NCBI RefSeq assembly: GCF_006345805.1
Contig: NC_042998.1
Coordinates: 100,874,001-100,938,000, forward strand
Direction of reading: 5' to 3'
DNA from: Octopus sinensis
Lineage: Eukaryota
Length of the DNA stretch: 64,000 bases
The translations under genes and the position numbers were made by a program. Numbering within the stretch: the first letter of the stretch is position 1; every line of letters begins with the position of its first letter. Under the pieces are notes generated by a model that had not been told where the DNA came from, did not search any database, and saw only the letters and a program-made list of their open reading frames with translations. Positions 1 to 14,344 of this stretch are shown here, piece after piece.

Positions 1-39
1 CTCTTGTATTTTCTATTACCCAAACCCAGTAACTTTTCA

Positions 40-750
40 GCACTGTTTGAAGAAGTCGTTGAGAATGATGTATTTCCCTTAGAAAATGTTTATCTAATGA
101 GGAGTTGATGCTGTTAAAACAAGACCAAACTAAGAATAGAGATGAGACTAAGGAAATTCTACCAACTCCACCTTAAGTTGCCTGCAAATAATGTTGTTAA
201 AGAGTTGGCACTCACAGAGGAAGGCCTGTAAGCTTTTGCTGGTAACAACTCTAACTGTAAAGGTAGCATAGAAGTTGCAAGGAGAGTTTACAATGAGTTC
301 AGTTCCTACATGGAGTTACACAAAGATATGATGTACCATAAACAACAAACAAATTTAGAATGATCTCTTTGCCTCAGAAGTTGATGTCCGTGATAATGAA
401 CTCCAAGATCAAAGCTAGTGTTCCTTACCCTCCCTGTAACTCTCCTTCCATCGCGAACCCTCAAACAATAGTCAACAGCATTTATGTTAAGAACATACAC
501 TATTACTATATTACGCTTCTTATAATTCCCCAGCGTATCTCTCTTCATATAGTTTAATGTATACATATTATACTGTGTATATTTAGAAATGGTTATTTTC
601 ATGCATAAACGTGGTTGTGTTGCTTGCACCGAAACTATCCGTCGGAATGTATTATTTACTTTATAACATGAAAATCAATACGAAAATTAACTTTGTGTTA
701 CGCTAATTTTTTTCGGGAGACATTATTCCTGTAATGCAGGGGTATTCTTC
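40..750 (+). mobile_element. Decayed Tigger/pogo-type DNA transposon, transposase C-terminus and probable 3' end
   Basis: Manual translation (stops, frameshift) gives NEELMLLKQDQ...PTPP-KL...EEGL*AFAGNNSNCKGSIEVARRVYNEFSSYMELHKDMMYHKQQTNL, resembling the Tigger/TIGD C-terminal tail. The right boundary is approximate. Confidence 0.65.
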
Positions 751-769
751 TACACACACGCGCGAGCTC

Positions 770-792
770 ATGTATGTATGTATGTATGTATG

Positions 793-826
<34 letters not shown>

Positions 827-1053
827 TGTATGTATGTATGTATGTATGCATGCATGCATGCATGCATGCATGTATGTATGTATGTATGTATGTATGTATG
901 TATGTATGTATGTATGTATGTAGTATGCATGCATGTGTGTATGTATGCATGTATGCACGTATGTACATACATACATATAAGCACACAAACACACACATGC
1001 ACACACATATATTCTTTAATATTTAGCAGAAGTAACAGAGTGACTGAAGGTCC

Positions 1054-1102
<49 letters not shown>

Positions 1103-1130
1103 AGAGAAAGAGAGAGTGTGTGTGTGTGTA
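770..1130. repeat. (ATGT)n microsatellite followed by (GA)n/(GT)n
   Basis: Directly visible; explains the overlapping YVCM/HTYI ORFs. Confidence 0.98.
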
Positions 1131-1729
1131 GTGACACTGATTCTGAATATAAATAACAACAATATTGACTGACGGAAATACCCCAAGGGAGCCTGTTCTG
1201 CATATTAGATACAAATATGGTAAGGGTATCACATATGTAATACAGTGGAGCTCAAAAACTTTGATCAGCTAAGATTATCCAAACAATTAGTGAACAAAAA
1301 CTCCCACAGGGGAAATTTTGTTTAAAATCTAAAAACAATACGGGTGATATATTAAATACAACCTGTTTTTATTTTATTTATTCAACACTAAATAGCAGTA
1401 AGCAATATAAACAAATTATTTACTTATAAGTAGGGTAGCAGGGAAAAATGCAAATTCCCAACAATATTGTGGGGTCCCGATTCAGTTGCACCGTTTGCAC
1501 CAAAGTAAATCCTGTACTATTAACAAAGACAAACGGTTCTCTTCTCTTACTACACTAAAGAACGTGCTTATATTTCTTTATTGATATGGGCCTAAGTTAA
1601 ACAACATCACTACTCGCATTACCAGCGCTGTCGAAACAATACCACCAATAGCAACAGCACCAACCGCAGTGTATATCAATACTAACATAGGATAAAAATG
1701 AAAATGGATCAAAATACTTCTCAACTCAT

Positions 1730-1940
1730 AAGGCCGGTTTCCATGACGTATATATTATCCCACTGGACGGGACGCCGACCCCTCGCAAGATTACTCACTT
1801 TTGCCAGCTGAATGGACTGGAACAATGTAAAATGAAGTGTTTTGCTCAAGAATACGTCACATTGCCCGATGTAGGAACCGAAACCACAATCTAACAATCA
1901 TGAATTCAATACCCCAATCACTAAGCCACGCACCTCCATA
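1730..1940 (-). mobile_element. tRNA-derived SINE (decayed)
   Basis: Minus strand ggaggtgcgtggcttagtgattggggtatt...ggtttcggttcct (A/B-box-like head), then cttgagcaaaacacttcattttacattgttccagtccattcagctgg body. Confidence 0.75.
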
Positions 1941-3704
1941 ATACGTACAAGCGTTGCCATCAACTATATTACTACGAGCCAACGAAGGACCTTCTAGACA
2001 TAGCAGCCAAATTTCAATCAAATCATATCGTAACGTTTTAAAAACAAACGAGACGATGGTAAATTTATAGAATATTTCTTTCGATTTCAATGAGAAATAA
2101 TATTCTTCCTCGTTTGGTTCTTGTGTGTTATCTATTAATCTGACCACCGAGTATGCCACAAAGAACTTTTTATCTCCAGAAAATGGAGCGGGTTTTGTGG
2201 GAAGTCCGAAGTCCCGGAGTTTTCTTCACCATTTTCTTTTTCCTGTGTTAACAACAAATATGACCGCCAAAGTAATCGGAAACGACTAATTTTGTAGATG
2301 AAAGAGGAGAAATGGTAAAGAAAACTCCGTGAAGTGGGGGAATCCTAGGGTCCTCTACTCTCTCTGTTTTTCGTTAGAAAGTCTTTGCAGCATGTTCGGA
2401 TGTCAGATTAGTCGATAGCATATGAACAAAAAAGAGAACAAACTAAAAAAAAAAACAACAAAAAACTTATTTACCACTGAAATCAAGAAGGATGTTCTAT
2501 AAATTTGCTGAAACGATTACAGTTGCAGCACTTTTGACCTTATGGTATATTCAATCAAAGCTAACCTTGGACTAAACAACAGCAGTAACTTAACTGTATT
2601 ACTATTTTATGTGTTGGTTACTCATATTCTTCTTAGGCTGTTCACTATATGATGTAGGTTGCGTGTCTAGACAGTGATCACACCAAAGTTTGAGTTTTCA
2701 ATTGTTTTATTAACCTGCATCGAATTTTTTCTCAAATGTATGGCTTAGTTCGATAATGGTCGAAACCAATCTATGTTATCTAAGTTATCTAATAAATTAA
2801 TGGAACAACGGTTCTCTGGCTAAGAATCTTCTGTATATAATCTACTGAATAATATTCTGAAACTAGTGCAAGGAATTTTAATCACTGCATATACTTAATG
2901 TACGTTATAAGTTAAGATTGGTGCCTTTTGTCTGGTACGACAAAAGCATGTATAAGAAAAGTGAAGGAGAGAGACACAAACGACTTAGAGGTTTGCTGGC
3001 CTGAGGTTGGATTTGTCAGCTTTTATAGCTGTAAGCCAGCTTATAGAATCTTCGGTCAAACTGTATGGCGGGAAAACTCACTGCGTTACTTTGAAGTTTA
3101 CTCTGTCAATCTTAATAAGTCCACCACCACCACCACCACCACAACAACAACAACAACAATGTTCCAAGAGGACTCATTATGAATGGATAACCATTCTTAA
3201 CAGATGTAGAATTCTTGAGAAAAGGTTAGGTTTATTGATATTTTACCCGAAAAATGTTGGCAAGCCATATCAAGCAGGAAATCAAATGCTATCTGCTATC
3301 TAACATGTAGGTTTATATAAATACTGGGAGAGGCCTTTATGTGGTAATTTCTAGAAATAACAGCTAAATCGCTCTCAGATCACAGCATTGGATAATATAG
3401 TACTAGATATATGCCTGTATATAAGATAGGATTGCCAAGGCCTGGACACCTTTGACCATGGATCAAATCAAGAAAGACTTCAGGCTAAACGACTATGTAC
3501 ATAATGTATAATAAACAACAGCCTAAACATACACAGTACTAATTATGCCTACACAGGCATTTCCTTTATTTAATCATCTGTTATATTTTGAAATAAAGAT
3601 GTTGGAATGGTGGTAACAGTAGAAGTGGTGGTGGTGATGTTAGAAGCGGTACTGTGGACGTGTTGGTGGTAGTGGTAATATCAGTAGTACTATTAGTGGT
3701 AGCG

Positions 3705-3930
3705 TTAAGGCAGCGAGCTGGCAGAAATGTTGGCATGCTGGGCGAAATGCTTAGCGGGTATTTCGTCTGTCTTTACATTCTGAGTTCAAATTCCGCCGAG
3801 GTCGACTTTGCCATTCATCCTCTCGGGGGTCGATAAATTAAGTACCTGTTGCGTACTGGGGTCGATCTGATCGACTGGTCCCCCTTCCTCAAAATTTCTG
3901 GCCTTGTGCCTAGAGTAGAAAAGAACTATT
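3705..3930 (+). mobile_element. tRNA-derived SINE with Meta/MESC-like core (representative of a high-copy family)
   Basis: ggc(g)gcgagctggcagaa...gagttcaaattccgccgaggtcgactttgcc(t)ttcatcct...gggtcgataaa..aagtacc. Other copies near 5850(-), 10200, 16385, 16615, 16790, 24960(-), 30150(-), 31270, 33550, 35000, 42530, 48840(-), 49290, 53150. Confidence 0.85.
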
Positions 3931-4739
3931 AGTGGTAGCATTGGTATTTTGATACTGGTGGTGGTGATAGTGACTGTTGCAGTATTGTTGTTGTTTAGTT
4001 GCATATCTATCCTCATCAAATAGTCTTAAGATCAAAGGCATTCCAGCCAGAGAACCGTTGTTTCATATGTTTTTCATATGTTTTTCATTTACACAATCCA
4101 TGCCTTTTTTTTTAAGCTAGTGGTATGTAAATAGAGAAGGGATTTGATGGCTATTACTAGCAGGTCGAGTGACCACACAGAGAACCCCTCATCAGTTCTT
4201 ATGGCTCGTATTGTTGTTTAGCTCTAGGTCAGCTCTGTGAACAAAACTGTCCACCTATGGCCATTATGTTTGAAGGTTACAACAGACTATGTTATCAAAT
4301 GTGTGTCTGTAAGATTTTAGGGTGTGTTTGGAGGGGGTACTTGGCTACTATATCTGGTTTCAGATGCAGCAGTGGTAACATTGATGGTGCCAGCAGGGGT
4401 GATGGTAGTGGTACAAACGGTGGTGTTAGTATTGATTGTGATGGTAGTAGTGGTGGTGGTTGCATTTATAGTGGTTGCAGTTATGGTAATGATGATTGTG
4501 ATGATGGTGGTGGCAGGGACTTGGATGTTGGGGTGGACATAGGAAGGGGAGGGAGAGAGGGTCAGTGAATGTAATTACTATTGTTTGTTCATTCATTTTA
4601 CATCTGTTTTTCTCTGTTAGTAATTGGCGAGACAAAACACCTATTACTGAGACATTGTTTTATGGCTGAATGCCTTTACTGTGGCTAACCTTGACCCAGT
4701 CATCAATTCTATTTTCTTTCTCCTTGTGTTGCTGTATCC

Positions 4740-4845
4740 TCCTCCTCCTCCTCATCATCATCACCACCACCACCACCACCACCACCACCACCACCACCAC
4801 CACCACCACCACCATCACCACCACCACTATCATCATCATCATCAT
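4740..4845. repeat. (CCT)n(CAT)n(CAC)n compound trinucleotide microsatellite
   Basis: Directly visible; gives the poly-H/T/V ORFs. Confidence 0.97.
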
Positions 4846-5494
4846 CCAAAAAAGTTATGCAATATTGCTTTCCTTTACATACTTCATTACCTCTCACAAG
4901 TCCTCACACACTGGTTATTATTATTGTAGCTGCTGTTAAGTAACACCCACTCCAGCTACACACCCACTCCAGCTACCCACCCAATCCACCCCTGTCCTTT
5001 CTGCTTGAAAAGCTGACCCCAAGGTTTTGATGCAACTGATATGAATATTTGGGAATAAGCAGCTGAGACAGCACAGACTATGACAGAAGGAGTTTTGTTT
5101 ACAAGAATAATTCCAGTCAAAAGTTTTTCGACTCTTTAAAATACTTATGTGAAACGCTACTGTATCATCATCATTTCATTTAGCATTCAATGTCCATGCT
5201 GGCTTGGGTTGGATGGTTTAACCAGGGCTGGTAAGCTGAGGGGCTGTGCCACAGTCCAGTCTGATTTGGCATGGTGTATTTAGTACTCTCTTCTTATTTT
5301 ATTTGTTTCTGTCATTTGACTGTGGCCATGCTAGAGCACCGCCTTTAGTTGAAAAAAACGACCCCCGGACTTATTCTACCAGTTTCTTTTGCTGAACTGC
5401 TAAGTTACAGGGACATAAACACACCAACATCAGTTGTTGAGTCATGGTGGGGGGGGGGGGCCAATCAAATGGAATTGTAGTTGTGGTTGTTGCT

Positions 5495-5725
5495 AGTGCC
5501 GCCTGACTGGCTCTCCATGCTGGTGGTATGTAAAAAGCACCATCGGACATGGTTGATGCCAGCCTTCCCGCCCCAACTGGCTCCTGTGCTGGCAGCATGT
5601 AAAAAGCACCATCTGAATGTGGCTGATGCCAGTGCCACCTAACTGGCTCCCATGCCGGTGGCATGTAAAAAGCACCCACTATACTCTCGGAGTGGTTGGC
5701 ATGAGGAAGGGCATCTAGCTGTCAA
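5495..5725 (+). repeat. Three ~62-bp tandem units (..actggctcc.gtgc.ggtggcatgtaaaaagcacc) ending in an RTE-like 3' tail; related copy at 8490-8700
   Basis: catgtaaaaagcacc-like motif occurs three times, followed by actctcggagtggttggc..aggaagggcatc.agctgt, which recurs at ~8560. Confidence 0.6.
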
Positions 5726-7491
5726 GTTCTTTACTTTTCTTCTCTTAATTTCCATCCTATAAATTGTATACATGGTACAATATAGTATATTTTAAGAATT
5801 TTAAGTGGACTATTAAATACCAGTTTCGAATTTTTGCACAAGGCCTGCAATTTTGGAGCGGTGGGTATGTCGATTACATTGATCCCACTGTTCAATTGGT
5901 ATTCATTCTATTGACCCTGAAAGGATGAAGCAAAATGACCTTGGCAGAATTTGAACTCAGGATGTGAAGACAGACTAAATGCTACTCAGCGTTTTGCCCA
6001 GCATGCTAATGATTCAGCCAACTTACTGCCTTAAGTGGATTAATAAATATAAAACAGACCCTGCTTTAGAAGTATACTAATTTGAATCTGTTAAATACAA
6101 TATAGCTCTTCACTTTTCATAGTTCTTTTTGCATTTTAAGTATATATTTAGATTGACTCTAAAAAACCAAGAAATTCAGAAATTTGGACACTTCTGCTCC
6201 CAAGCTTGCTGGATAATTGGTTCAGTTCTTTGTTACTGCTGGAGCCTTTAACTTCTTCAGTTTGGGTTGCATTATTCAAAAGTAATTTCCTTCCTCTCTA
6301 CCACCCCAACAATTCTCTCTTAAATTAACAAAAGACTTTCAGAAAATGAAGTCCAAGAAGTCGTGAGTATAAATTTGAGAAAGACATAGAATCCTTCGTT
6401 TCATGCAGACCCGTGAAAAAAAAAATGATTCTTAAATTGCTATAAAAGATAATAATGATGGTATATTAAATTAGCTAACATAGTTGGGCGTTACCCTGAA
6501 AAAAAAATACCTTAAGCTATTTACTTCTTAATGTTGATTCATTTTTTTCTTGTAGCATTTTGTTGTTATTGTTGTGTTTTCTATGTCCTGTGTTTTTACC
6601 CTGATAAAGTTTTTAGTTAAATAAACTTTCAAAATGAAATTATTAAAATAAAATTACTGAAAACTAGAGAGGAAAACCAGTTGTATTTGATAACTTGATA
6701 TTCTGACTCCTTTTCTGTCTGCCCATCTCTCTGTTTCTCTTTCTCTCTCTCTCTCTCTCAGCCTCCTCTTCTCCTTTATCTCTGTTATACTGCTATTATC
6801 TTTGTGTCTTCAAGATGTTCTCAGTCAAACATAGTTCTTTGTCTGTAAATATGTGTGCCTGCATTTGATGTAATTGAGGAATATGATCTTAGTTACTGTT
6901 TTTTGGATAATTAATTCTTATAATATTTAACTGGAAATATCTTAAGACAAAAAGTTTGTCATAAGAGAGAAAGCAAAAATGGGGAAAAGTGAGACAGTGG
7001 GAGAAGGGGAGAGAAAGAGAGATGGAGTGACGTTCCAGTCATGACCATTCCATCATCTTAGCATGTCATTGACAACTAACTAATGACAACTTATAGATAA
7101 TAGGGCAGGATCTCCAACAATTTTTACCCTCCAGTGTCACATATTCAATGACAACATGGCTTACAAATGACCAATGAAGTGACCTTTCAAACCAAACATG
7201 GCCAAGGTCTTGCTTATTATGAACATCTGAGTGGTTCGAAACATGAAATCCAAATAATGACAATGTGAGTCATTAACTGTTTATTTTTCTCTCACTCTCT
7301 TTCTGCCCCAATCTGTTTGTCTCAGTCTGTCTCTCCCTCCCTCTCTCTCCCTCTCTCTCTCTTTCTCTGTCTCACACACATAAGTTTATATATAATGTGT
7401 GCATACATATACATATACACACACTAAAATGTGTATATACATAATATAAATAATATACATATGCATATATACGTATATGTATATACTTACA

Positions 7492-7527
<36 letters not shown>

Positions 7528-8109
7528 TATGTGTGCACAGGACGTCACAAAATGTGTACAACAAAAAATACGAAACACGAGCATATGGAACATGAACTAT
7601 TCTTTTGAACAATGAAAGACACAAATGGAAAACAAATAACATAAAAAAACGACCCTTCATCAGTTGTTGGATGTTTTTCAATTCTCATATTTCAAGCATT
7701 TAACAACAATGTATGCTTTCGACAAAACAGTTACTCCTGCAAAGCAAATTAAATAAAATTTGGGATTTTGCAGAGGGTCAAAATTGGTAACACAAGCAGG
7801 ACAGTGAAAACAAACAGGAAGGGTTGATAATCTTGGACAGGAGACAAACAAGAACATGGCTTCCTTGTTCCAGTTACAATGGAGAGAAAGAAAGAAACAC
7901 AAGTTAGGAGAAGAAAGAAAGATGGCCAATGGTCATGTGGGAGCAACGTAAGCAAGGAAGGAGGAGTTAGGGAGAGAGAGTGACAGAGTAATAGGATAGA
8001 ATAGTGGGAGAAGTGGAGGTAAAAGAATAAGAGAGAGGAAGAGAGAAAAATGAAAGAGTAAAAAGATCGTATAAATTGCACATCAGAATTATTTAGATAC
8101 ATATATATA

Positions 8110-8199
8110 TTAGATCGTCAAGTATGAAATTTGTAGAAAATAAAAAAAAGTTTGCTAATGTTTTTTTTTAAATACAAGGAATAGTTTTATTCATCAAAG
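8110..8199 (-). mobile_element. Isolated mariner terminal fragment, near-identical to 10666-10750
   Basis: ttagatcgtcaagtatgaaatttgtagaaaa...aatacaaggaatagttttattcatcaaag at both sites, each preceded by (TA)n. Confidence 0.85.
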
Positions 8200-9399
8200 A
8201 TTTGTGTCTATGTTAGTCATTGTGTCTGTGTTTATCCCTCACCACTGCTTGACAACTGGTATTAGTGTGTTTATGTCCTTGTAACTCAGTGGTTTGGATT
8301 GAATGGTACTGCCCAGGTGTCAAAAACAGAGGGATATCCGTTGGACAGCTGATGATGGAGGTGCGTTGGATTGTTGGTATGGCTGTTATTATATGTGCAG
8401 AATAGTTTTATAAGACATTCATTTGATATATGTATATATATATAATATGCTGTGCTTGAGAAGGAAGATCCATCAAGCTGAGTGAGATCATAGTTGCGGC
8501 AGAGACTGGTGTCATGCAACTTGCACCCAGGCTGGTGGCACGTAAAAGCATCCATTACACTCTTGGAGTGGTTGGTGTTAGGAAGGGCATCCAGCTGTAA
8601 AAACAGGCCAAATAAAACTGGAATCTGGTGAAGCCCCTTAGCTTACTATCCCTGATCAAACCAAACGAGCCATGCCAGCATGGATAACAGATGCTAAATG
8701 GTGATAATGATGATTATATATATGTATATGTATATATATATCGATCTGTTTGATTAAAGGTGGTGCTCCAGCATGGCTGCAATCAAATAACTAAAACAAA
8801 TAAAAGAATTATAATATACTAGCACTATGACCTGGCGTTGCCGGGTCATAGTGCTAGTGCATGCATATACAGCTGTGTGCATGCACATATACATGCGAGT
8901 ACTGTCCAAATCTCTGACCAATCACATGCAGCTAGCTGGCATTCAATTGGCATATCAAGTTTCTGGCATTTTGATTGGGTTTTGGATAGAAAATTCACAA
9001 AAAAGTAACTTCTATTGATTTTTTAATGGCTTTGCGGGGTGACTGGGGAAATGTAAAGATGTACACCACCACCCTTGGACTGTTTTGAATGACCATAGAA
9101 AGTATGAGCCCTCTAACTGAAAAATTGTGGATTTTTATAAAGGACACACACACAGACAGACATTTTGCCGTTTTTATATAGAGAGATATATACACATATA
9201 TATATGTATTCACCTCCATCTTTTATATATAAAAATTTGATTTGGATAGATCTCTAATCTTTTTCCGTATATATATATATATATACACACATATATACAT
9301 ACACACTCATTCTATGAAATTGCAATGTTTGCAAATGTGACCTGATTAATACACACACACATATATGCACCTATATATGTGCATATATGTATGTGTGTG

Positions 9400-9447
<48 letters not shown>

Positions 9448-10665
9448 TATACACACATATATACACATATATATATGTATATACTTATATACATGTCTAT
9501 ATATATATATATATATACACACAAACACACATATCTCTCTCCCTCTTTCTCTTTCTTTCTATCTGTGTGTGTGTGTCTGTGAATGTATTCATGCACAAAA
9601 CTTACATACATACATATATACACATATATATAAAAACTTGATTGAATGTATACATATACAACATGTATGCATTCATATATGTATATATATATGCACACAT
9701 ATCTATACTTTAGTATGTTTACATTTAGATAACTCTAGGGTAAAGACTATTAAATCAACATATTACTAATTTTAGTGAGTTAGAGAGTAGTCATTTTCTT
9801 TTTTATCATTTGTGTTGGTTGATGCTGTCCATTACATTAACTGTGTTTTAGGCAATAAACAACAACAGCATAAAAAAAAAAGAAGCAACATATGATTTGG
9901 CTGTCTGTCCTGGTGGAATTAAAAATATAATTACAATATAAGCTTATTCTTCCAGCTTTCTTTTCAAATATAACAGACTGATGAATAATTTCTTTGTTGT
10001 TTACAATAATTCTCTATTGTTATAAAGAACCTAACTCTATATCTGCTATCCAAGCTGGATTACCATATATATCAGTATGTGTTTGTGTGTGTGTGTGTGT
10101 GTGTGGTAGACAAATAAAGCAATGAATAAAATGATTTGTTATGTACAAAAATTCCTTAGAAAGTTTGAACAGCTGAAGAGAAATATTTCATTAGATCCCG
10201 AGGCAGTGAGCTGGAAGAATCGCTAGCACAGCGGGCAAAAAGCTTAATGGCATTTTGCCCATCTTTATATTCTGAATTTAAATTTTGCTGAGGTTGACTT
10301 TGCCTTTTCATCCTTTCAGGATCAATAAAATATGTACCAGTTGAATACTGGGGTCAATGTTATAGACTTACCCTTCCCCTGAAATTGTTGGCCTTGTGCC
10401 AAAATTTGAAACCAATATTACATTAGATCCTATCAAATTACAATTTACTCTTTTACTCTTTTATTTGTTTCAGCCATTTGACTGTGGCCATGCTGGAGCA
10501 CTGCCTTTATTTGAACTAATCAGCCCCAGGACTTATTCTTTGTAAGCCTAGTACTTATTCTACTGATCTCTTTTTGCAAACTGCTAAGTTAGTGGGATAT
10601 AAACAAACCAACATCAGTTGTCAAGTGATGGTGGGGAGACTCACAAACATATACATATATATATA

Positions 10666-11900
10666 TTAGATCGTCAAGTATGAAATTTGTAGAAAAGAAA
10701 AAAGTTTGCTAATGTTTTATAAATACAAGGAATAGTTTTATTCATCAAAGTATGCACCCATATTGTCAATACACTTTTGCCATTTCAGTGGTAGCTTGTC
10801 CAGCCCAGAACTGTAAAAGACTGGTAATCTAGAATCAATAAAATCTTGGAAGGCCTGAATTACAGCATCATCGAAATTAAGTTTTTTCCTATCAAAAAGT
10901 TATCCAAATTCTGGAAGAAGTGGTAGTCAGTGGGGGCAAGATTAGGTGAGTACTTTAGATGATGCAGGGCCTCCAACTCCAACTCCTATAGTTTTGCCAA
11001 TGTCATTTTTGCAATGTGTAGTTTGGCGTTGTCTTGCAATAAAATAGGAGTGGATCTGTTGACTAATCTAGGCAGTTTTTTGTAAGTTTCTGCATCATTT
11101 GGTGCAGTTGGCTGCAGTATACCTTGGCCATGATTGATGAGCTAGGTTTAATGAAAGCGTAATGGATCACACCTGCGCCAGACCACCAAACACACACCAT
11201 CAGCTTCTTTTGATGAATTTTGCTTTTTGGACTGTGTTTTGGTGGCTTGTCTTTGTTCAGCCATTGTACTGAATGTTTACGGTTGTTGTATTGGATCCAT
11301 TTCTCATCACTTGTTACAATTCGATTCAAAAATGATTCATTTTTGTGACGAGAAAGTAGCATAATGCAGGCTTCTAAATGTCGCTGTTTCTGATTTTCAT
11401 TGAGTTCATGTGGAACCCACTTATCCAACTTTTTCACTTTATCGATTTGAACTAGATGAGTCAATATTGGTTGCTTGCTAAAACCAAATAACAACGATAA
11501 TTCACAGGCACTTTGAGATGGATCTGAATTGACAGTGGCTTTCAGTTTGTCATTATCCTCCTTTGTTTCTGGTTGACTGCGTTGCTCATTTGTGAGGTCA
11601 AAGTTATCAGAACAAAATTTTGCAAACCAATTTTATACTGTCTGCTGTGTAATAACATTAGAATGAAATACTCTGTTAATATTCCGAGCTGTCTGTGATG
11701 CTGTAATTCCAAGAAACAACTCATATTTCAAAACTGTACGAATTTCTGACTTATCCATCTCTAAACAAAAATAGCAAAAAAATGATTTATAAATACTTTA
11801 TAAAGTGCAAAATGAGTTAGAATAAAGAAATAATGTGTCAGCTTTCTAACATAAAATAAAGATTGTCAAATTATAATAATGGCACAAAATGAGTAGCTGT
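10666..11900 (-). mobile_element. Mariner (DD34D) transposon, decayed transposase
   Basis: WVPHEL, IVTSDEKW, KKLMVCVWW in ORF 11063-11494; downstream frame gives LLQDNAKLH and YSPNLAPTDYHFF. The right end is approximate. Confidence 0.92.
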
Positions 11901-12037
11901 CAAAGTTTACCATATACCTTACTATATATATATATGTGTGTGTATATAGTTGAAATTTACAGAAAAACAAAAGACGAAGATAGGTGTATAAACAACAAAC
12001 AGGTGTATTAGTTTGACACTCGGGAAGATGAGAAAGT

Positions 12038-12073
12038 CTTTTACGTTTCGAGCCTGCGTTCTTCAACAGAAAA
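12038..12073 (-). ncRNA. Degenerate minimal type I hammerhead-like motif in a Penelope-like end fragment
   Basis: Minus: tttt CTGTTGA a GAAC gcag GCTC GAAA CGT A aaag. A6 is replaced by U and stem II has one mismatch. Confidence 0.45.
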
Positions 12074-13789
12074 GGACATGAGGAAATAAACAATAGGAAA
12101 TAAACATGAGGAAATAAAAAAAAACTTTTGGAGTTAGCGGTCAATATATATACAATGGGCTTCTTTTCATCTGCCAAATCCACTTGCAAGGCTTTGGTCA
12201 GCATGTGGCTATAGTAAAAGACACCTGCCCTAGGTGCCATGCAGTGGGACTGAACCTGGAACCATGTGGCTGGGAAGCAAGCTTCTTATCACACAGCCAC
12301 GCCTAACCCTCTTGCTATCATATTTCTTTGGAATATGCTGCCTTCTGCTGTTGTTTTCAATTAAGTTTTTAAATTATGAAGAATTTAGTAAAATAACTTT
12401 GTCATAATCATTCTGGTGTTTTGGAACATAAATCAACATGAAATTTTGATGGGAGGTTTTAATTCAGATCTCCTAACCCAGGAAGTTTTGTATCATTAAA
12501 CCAGAAGTGGTCTGAAGTGGGTTGGTTTTAAAAGGATTAACATGTGTTAGAAAATAAAAAAGGTGGTAGAGTTGCTGAATGAGCTGCTATAAATAGCAGT
12601 CAATTCTTCTTTAGGTCACACCCTGCTGTCTTAAAAAAGAAAAGCTAGACTGGATAATGCAGTCTAAGGTGTCTGAAAGTAAGAAGAGCTGGAATACCTT
12701 TTAACTCTTTGGTATTTAAACCAGCCATATCAGGCCAGGATATTATACCTGTTTTATCTTCAAACCAGCCAGATCTAGCCTCTCACAACCATCCTAAAAT
12801 GTCATCCTAAATGTAAACAATCACATCACCAAAATCTTAAAGCCATAAGATAATGCATGATTAATTCAAAACAATGTGAATAAATAAGCATTACATTTGA
12901 CAGAGTAATCTGAATGTTAAAGAGTTAAATCATACTCTATAGTCATATGAAAGGGAAAATACATTGGATAATGTAGTATAAAGGATTTGAAAATAAAAAG
13001 GAATAGTTATAGCAGTTAGACCTTTGATCACAGTTCGGCTCTATTAGAGGTGACCTGAGGTTAAACAACAAAAGCAATTCCTGAATAATGAAAGAGAAGG
13101 TTGGTCACAGGAGGTTTTGAACTAAGAATGTATGTGTTTTATAATGGGTACAGTTGTGGTTGAATGAGTTAGAAGCTTGCTTACCAACCATGTGGTCTTG
13201 AGTTCAATTTCACTGTATGACACTTTGGGAAAATATCTTCTATTATAGCCTTGGGATGAAAAAAGCCTTGAAAATAGAGTTAGTTAGGGTGTTGCACACA
13301 CAATCATGAGATTGTGGGTTGATTCTTGGAATCGGTGGCACATTGAGTTCTTGAGTAAAACACCTCACTTCCTGTCGCTCTGTGATCATTTCAACATCTG
13401 AGGTGTGGCTGACTTCTTAATCATACAGCTATGTGCCTGTGCTGTTTAATCTTCATATTATATCACTGAGGAGTGTACATATACATGTTTAAATGTTCCA
13501 TTTCTGTAGAAAGCTTCATCCCAGTGTTTAGAAGTGGGTGACATGAAATACAGTTAGGAATATATATTGATATTAGAATTAACTTAAGATATCAGGTTTC
13601 TTATTCTACTTAATAGAAATATCTTAATTTTATCAGCTCGAAAATTTCAAAACAGAGCAAAAACACCATCAAATAAATGCAATTATCAATCCCCTTTCCT
13701 TTTTATATGTATGTATATGTGTATGAGTGTACCTCTCTATCTATTACACACACACACACAATCAAAATAAGCAACAGGATATCAAGTAG

Positions 13790-14330
13790 TGATGCAGTAT
13801 GACCGTTTGAAGGCTGATTAAATGTATTGGAACCATAAACTCTGAAAAATACATTGAAATACTTAAGCAAGGACTACTTCCAAAGTATTCACACGATAAC
13901 ATAATGAAAAATGAGCTTTTATTCATGGAAGATGGGGCTCCATGCCACACAGTGAAAAGGAATAAACAATGGCTCACTGAAAATAGGACAAAAAGCTTCC
14001 TTGGTCAAGCCAATCTCCTGACAGGAACCCAATTGAAAATCTTTGGAGCATGCTAGACAGAGCTATATGAAAAACTCAACAGAAACCTAAATCTAATAAT
14101 GAATTGTTTCGATTGTTGCGTGAAAAGTGGGCAGAAATTTCACAAGAGACAATCACAAAGCTCATCAGTTCAATGCCAAAAAGAGTTTCTGAATTAAAAA
14201 CTGCAAAGGGAATGTCAACTAAATACTAAAGTATGAAGTCCTACCTATCGCTTACATTTCAATTGTTCACTTTATGTATTAAATAAAAGATTTTGAAAAT
14301 TAAAGGTATCTGTTTACTTCCTGCATGTCT
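13790..14330 (+). mobile_element. Tc1 (DD34E) transposon 3' half, decayed
   Basis: Manual translation: INSEKYIEIL...FMEDGAPCHT...WSSQSPDRNPIENLWSML...LISSMPKRVSELKTAKGMSTKY*. Confidence 0.9.
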
Positions 14331-14344
14331 GTGTGTGTGTGTAT

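Noticed and set aside
7640-7700. CTGATGA on minus here and at ~20770-20830
   Set aside because: No correctly placed stem II plus GAAA follows; at most these are decayed retro-ends.
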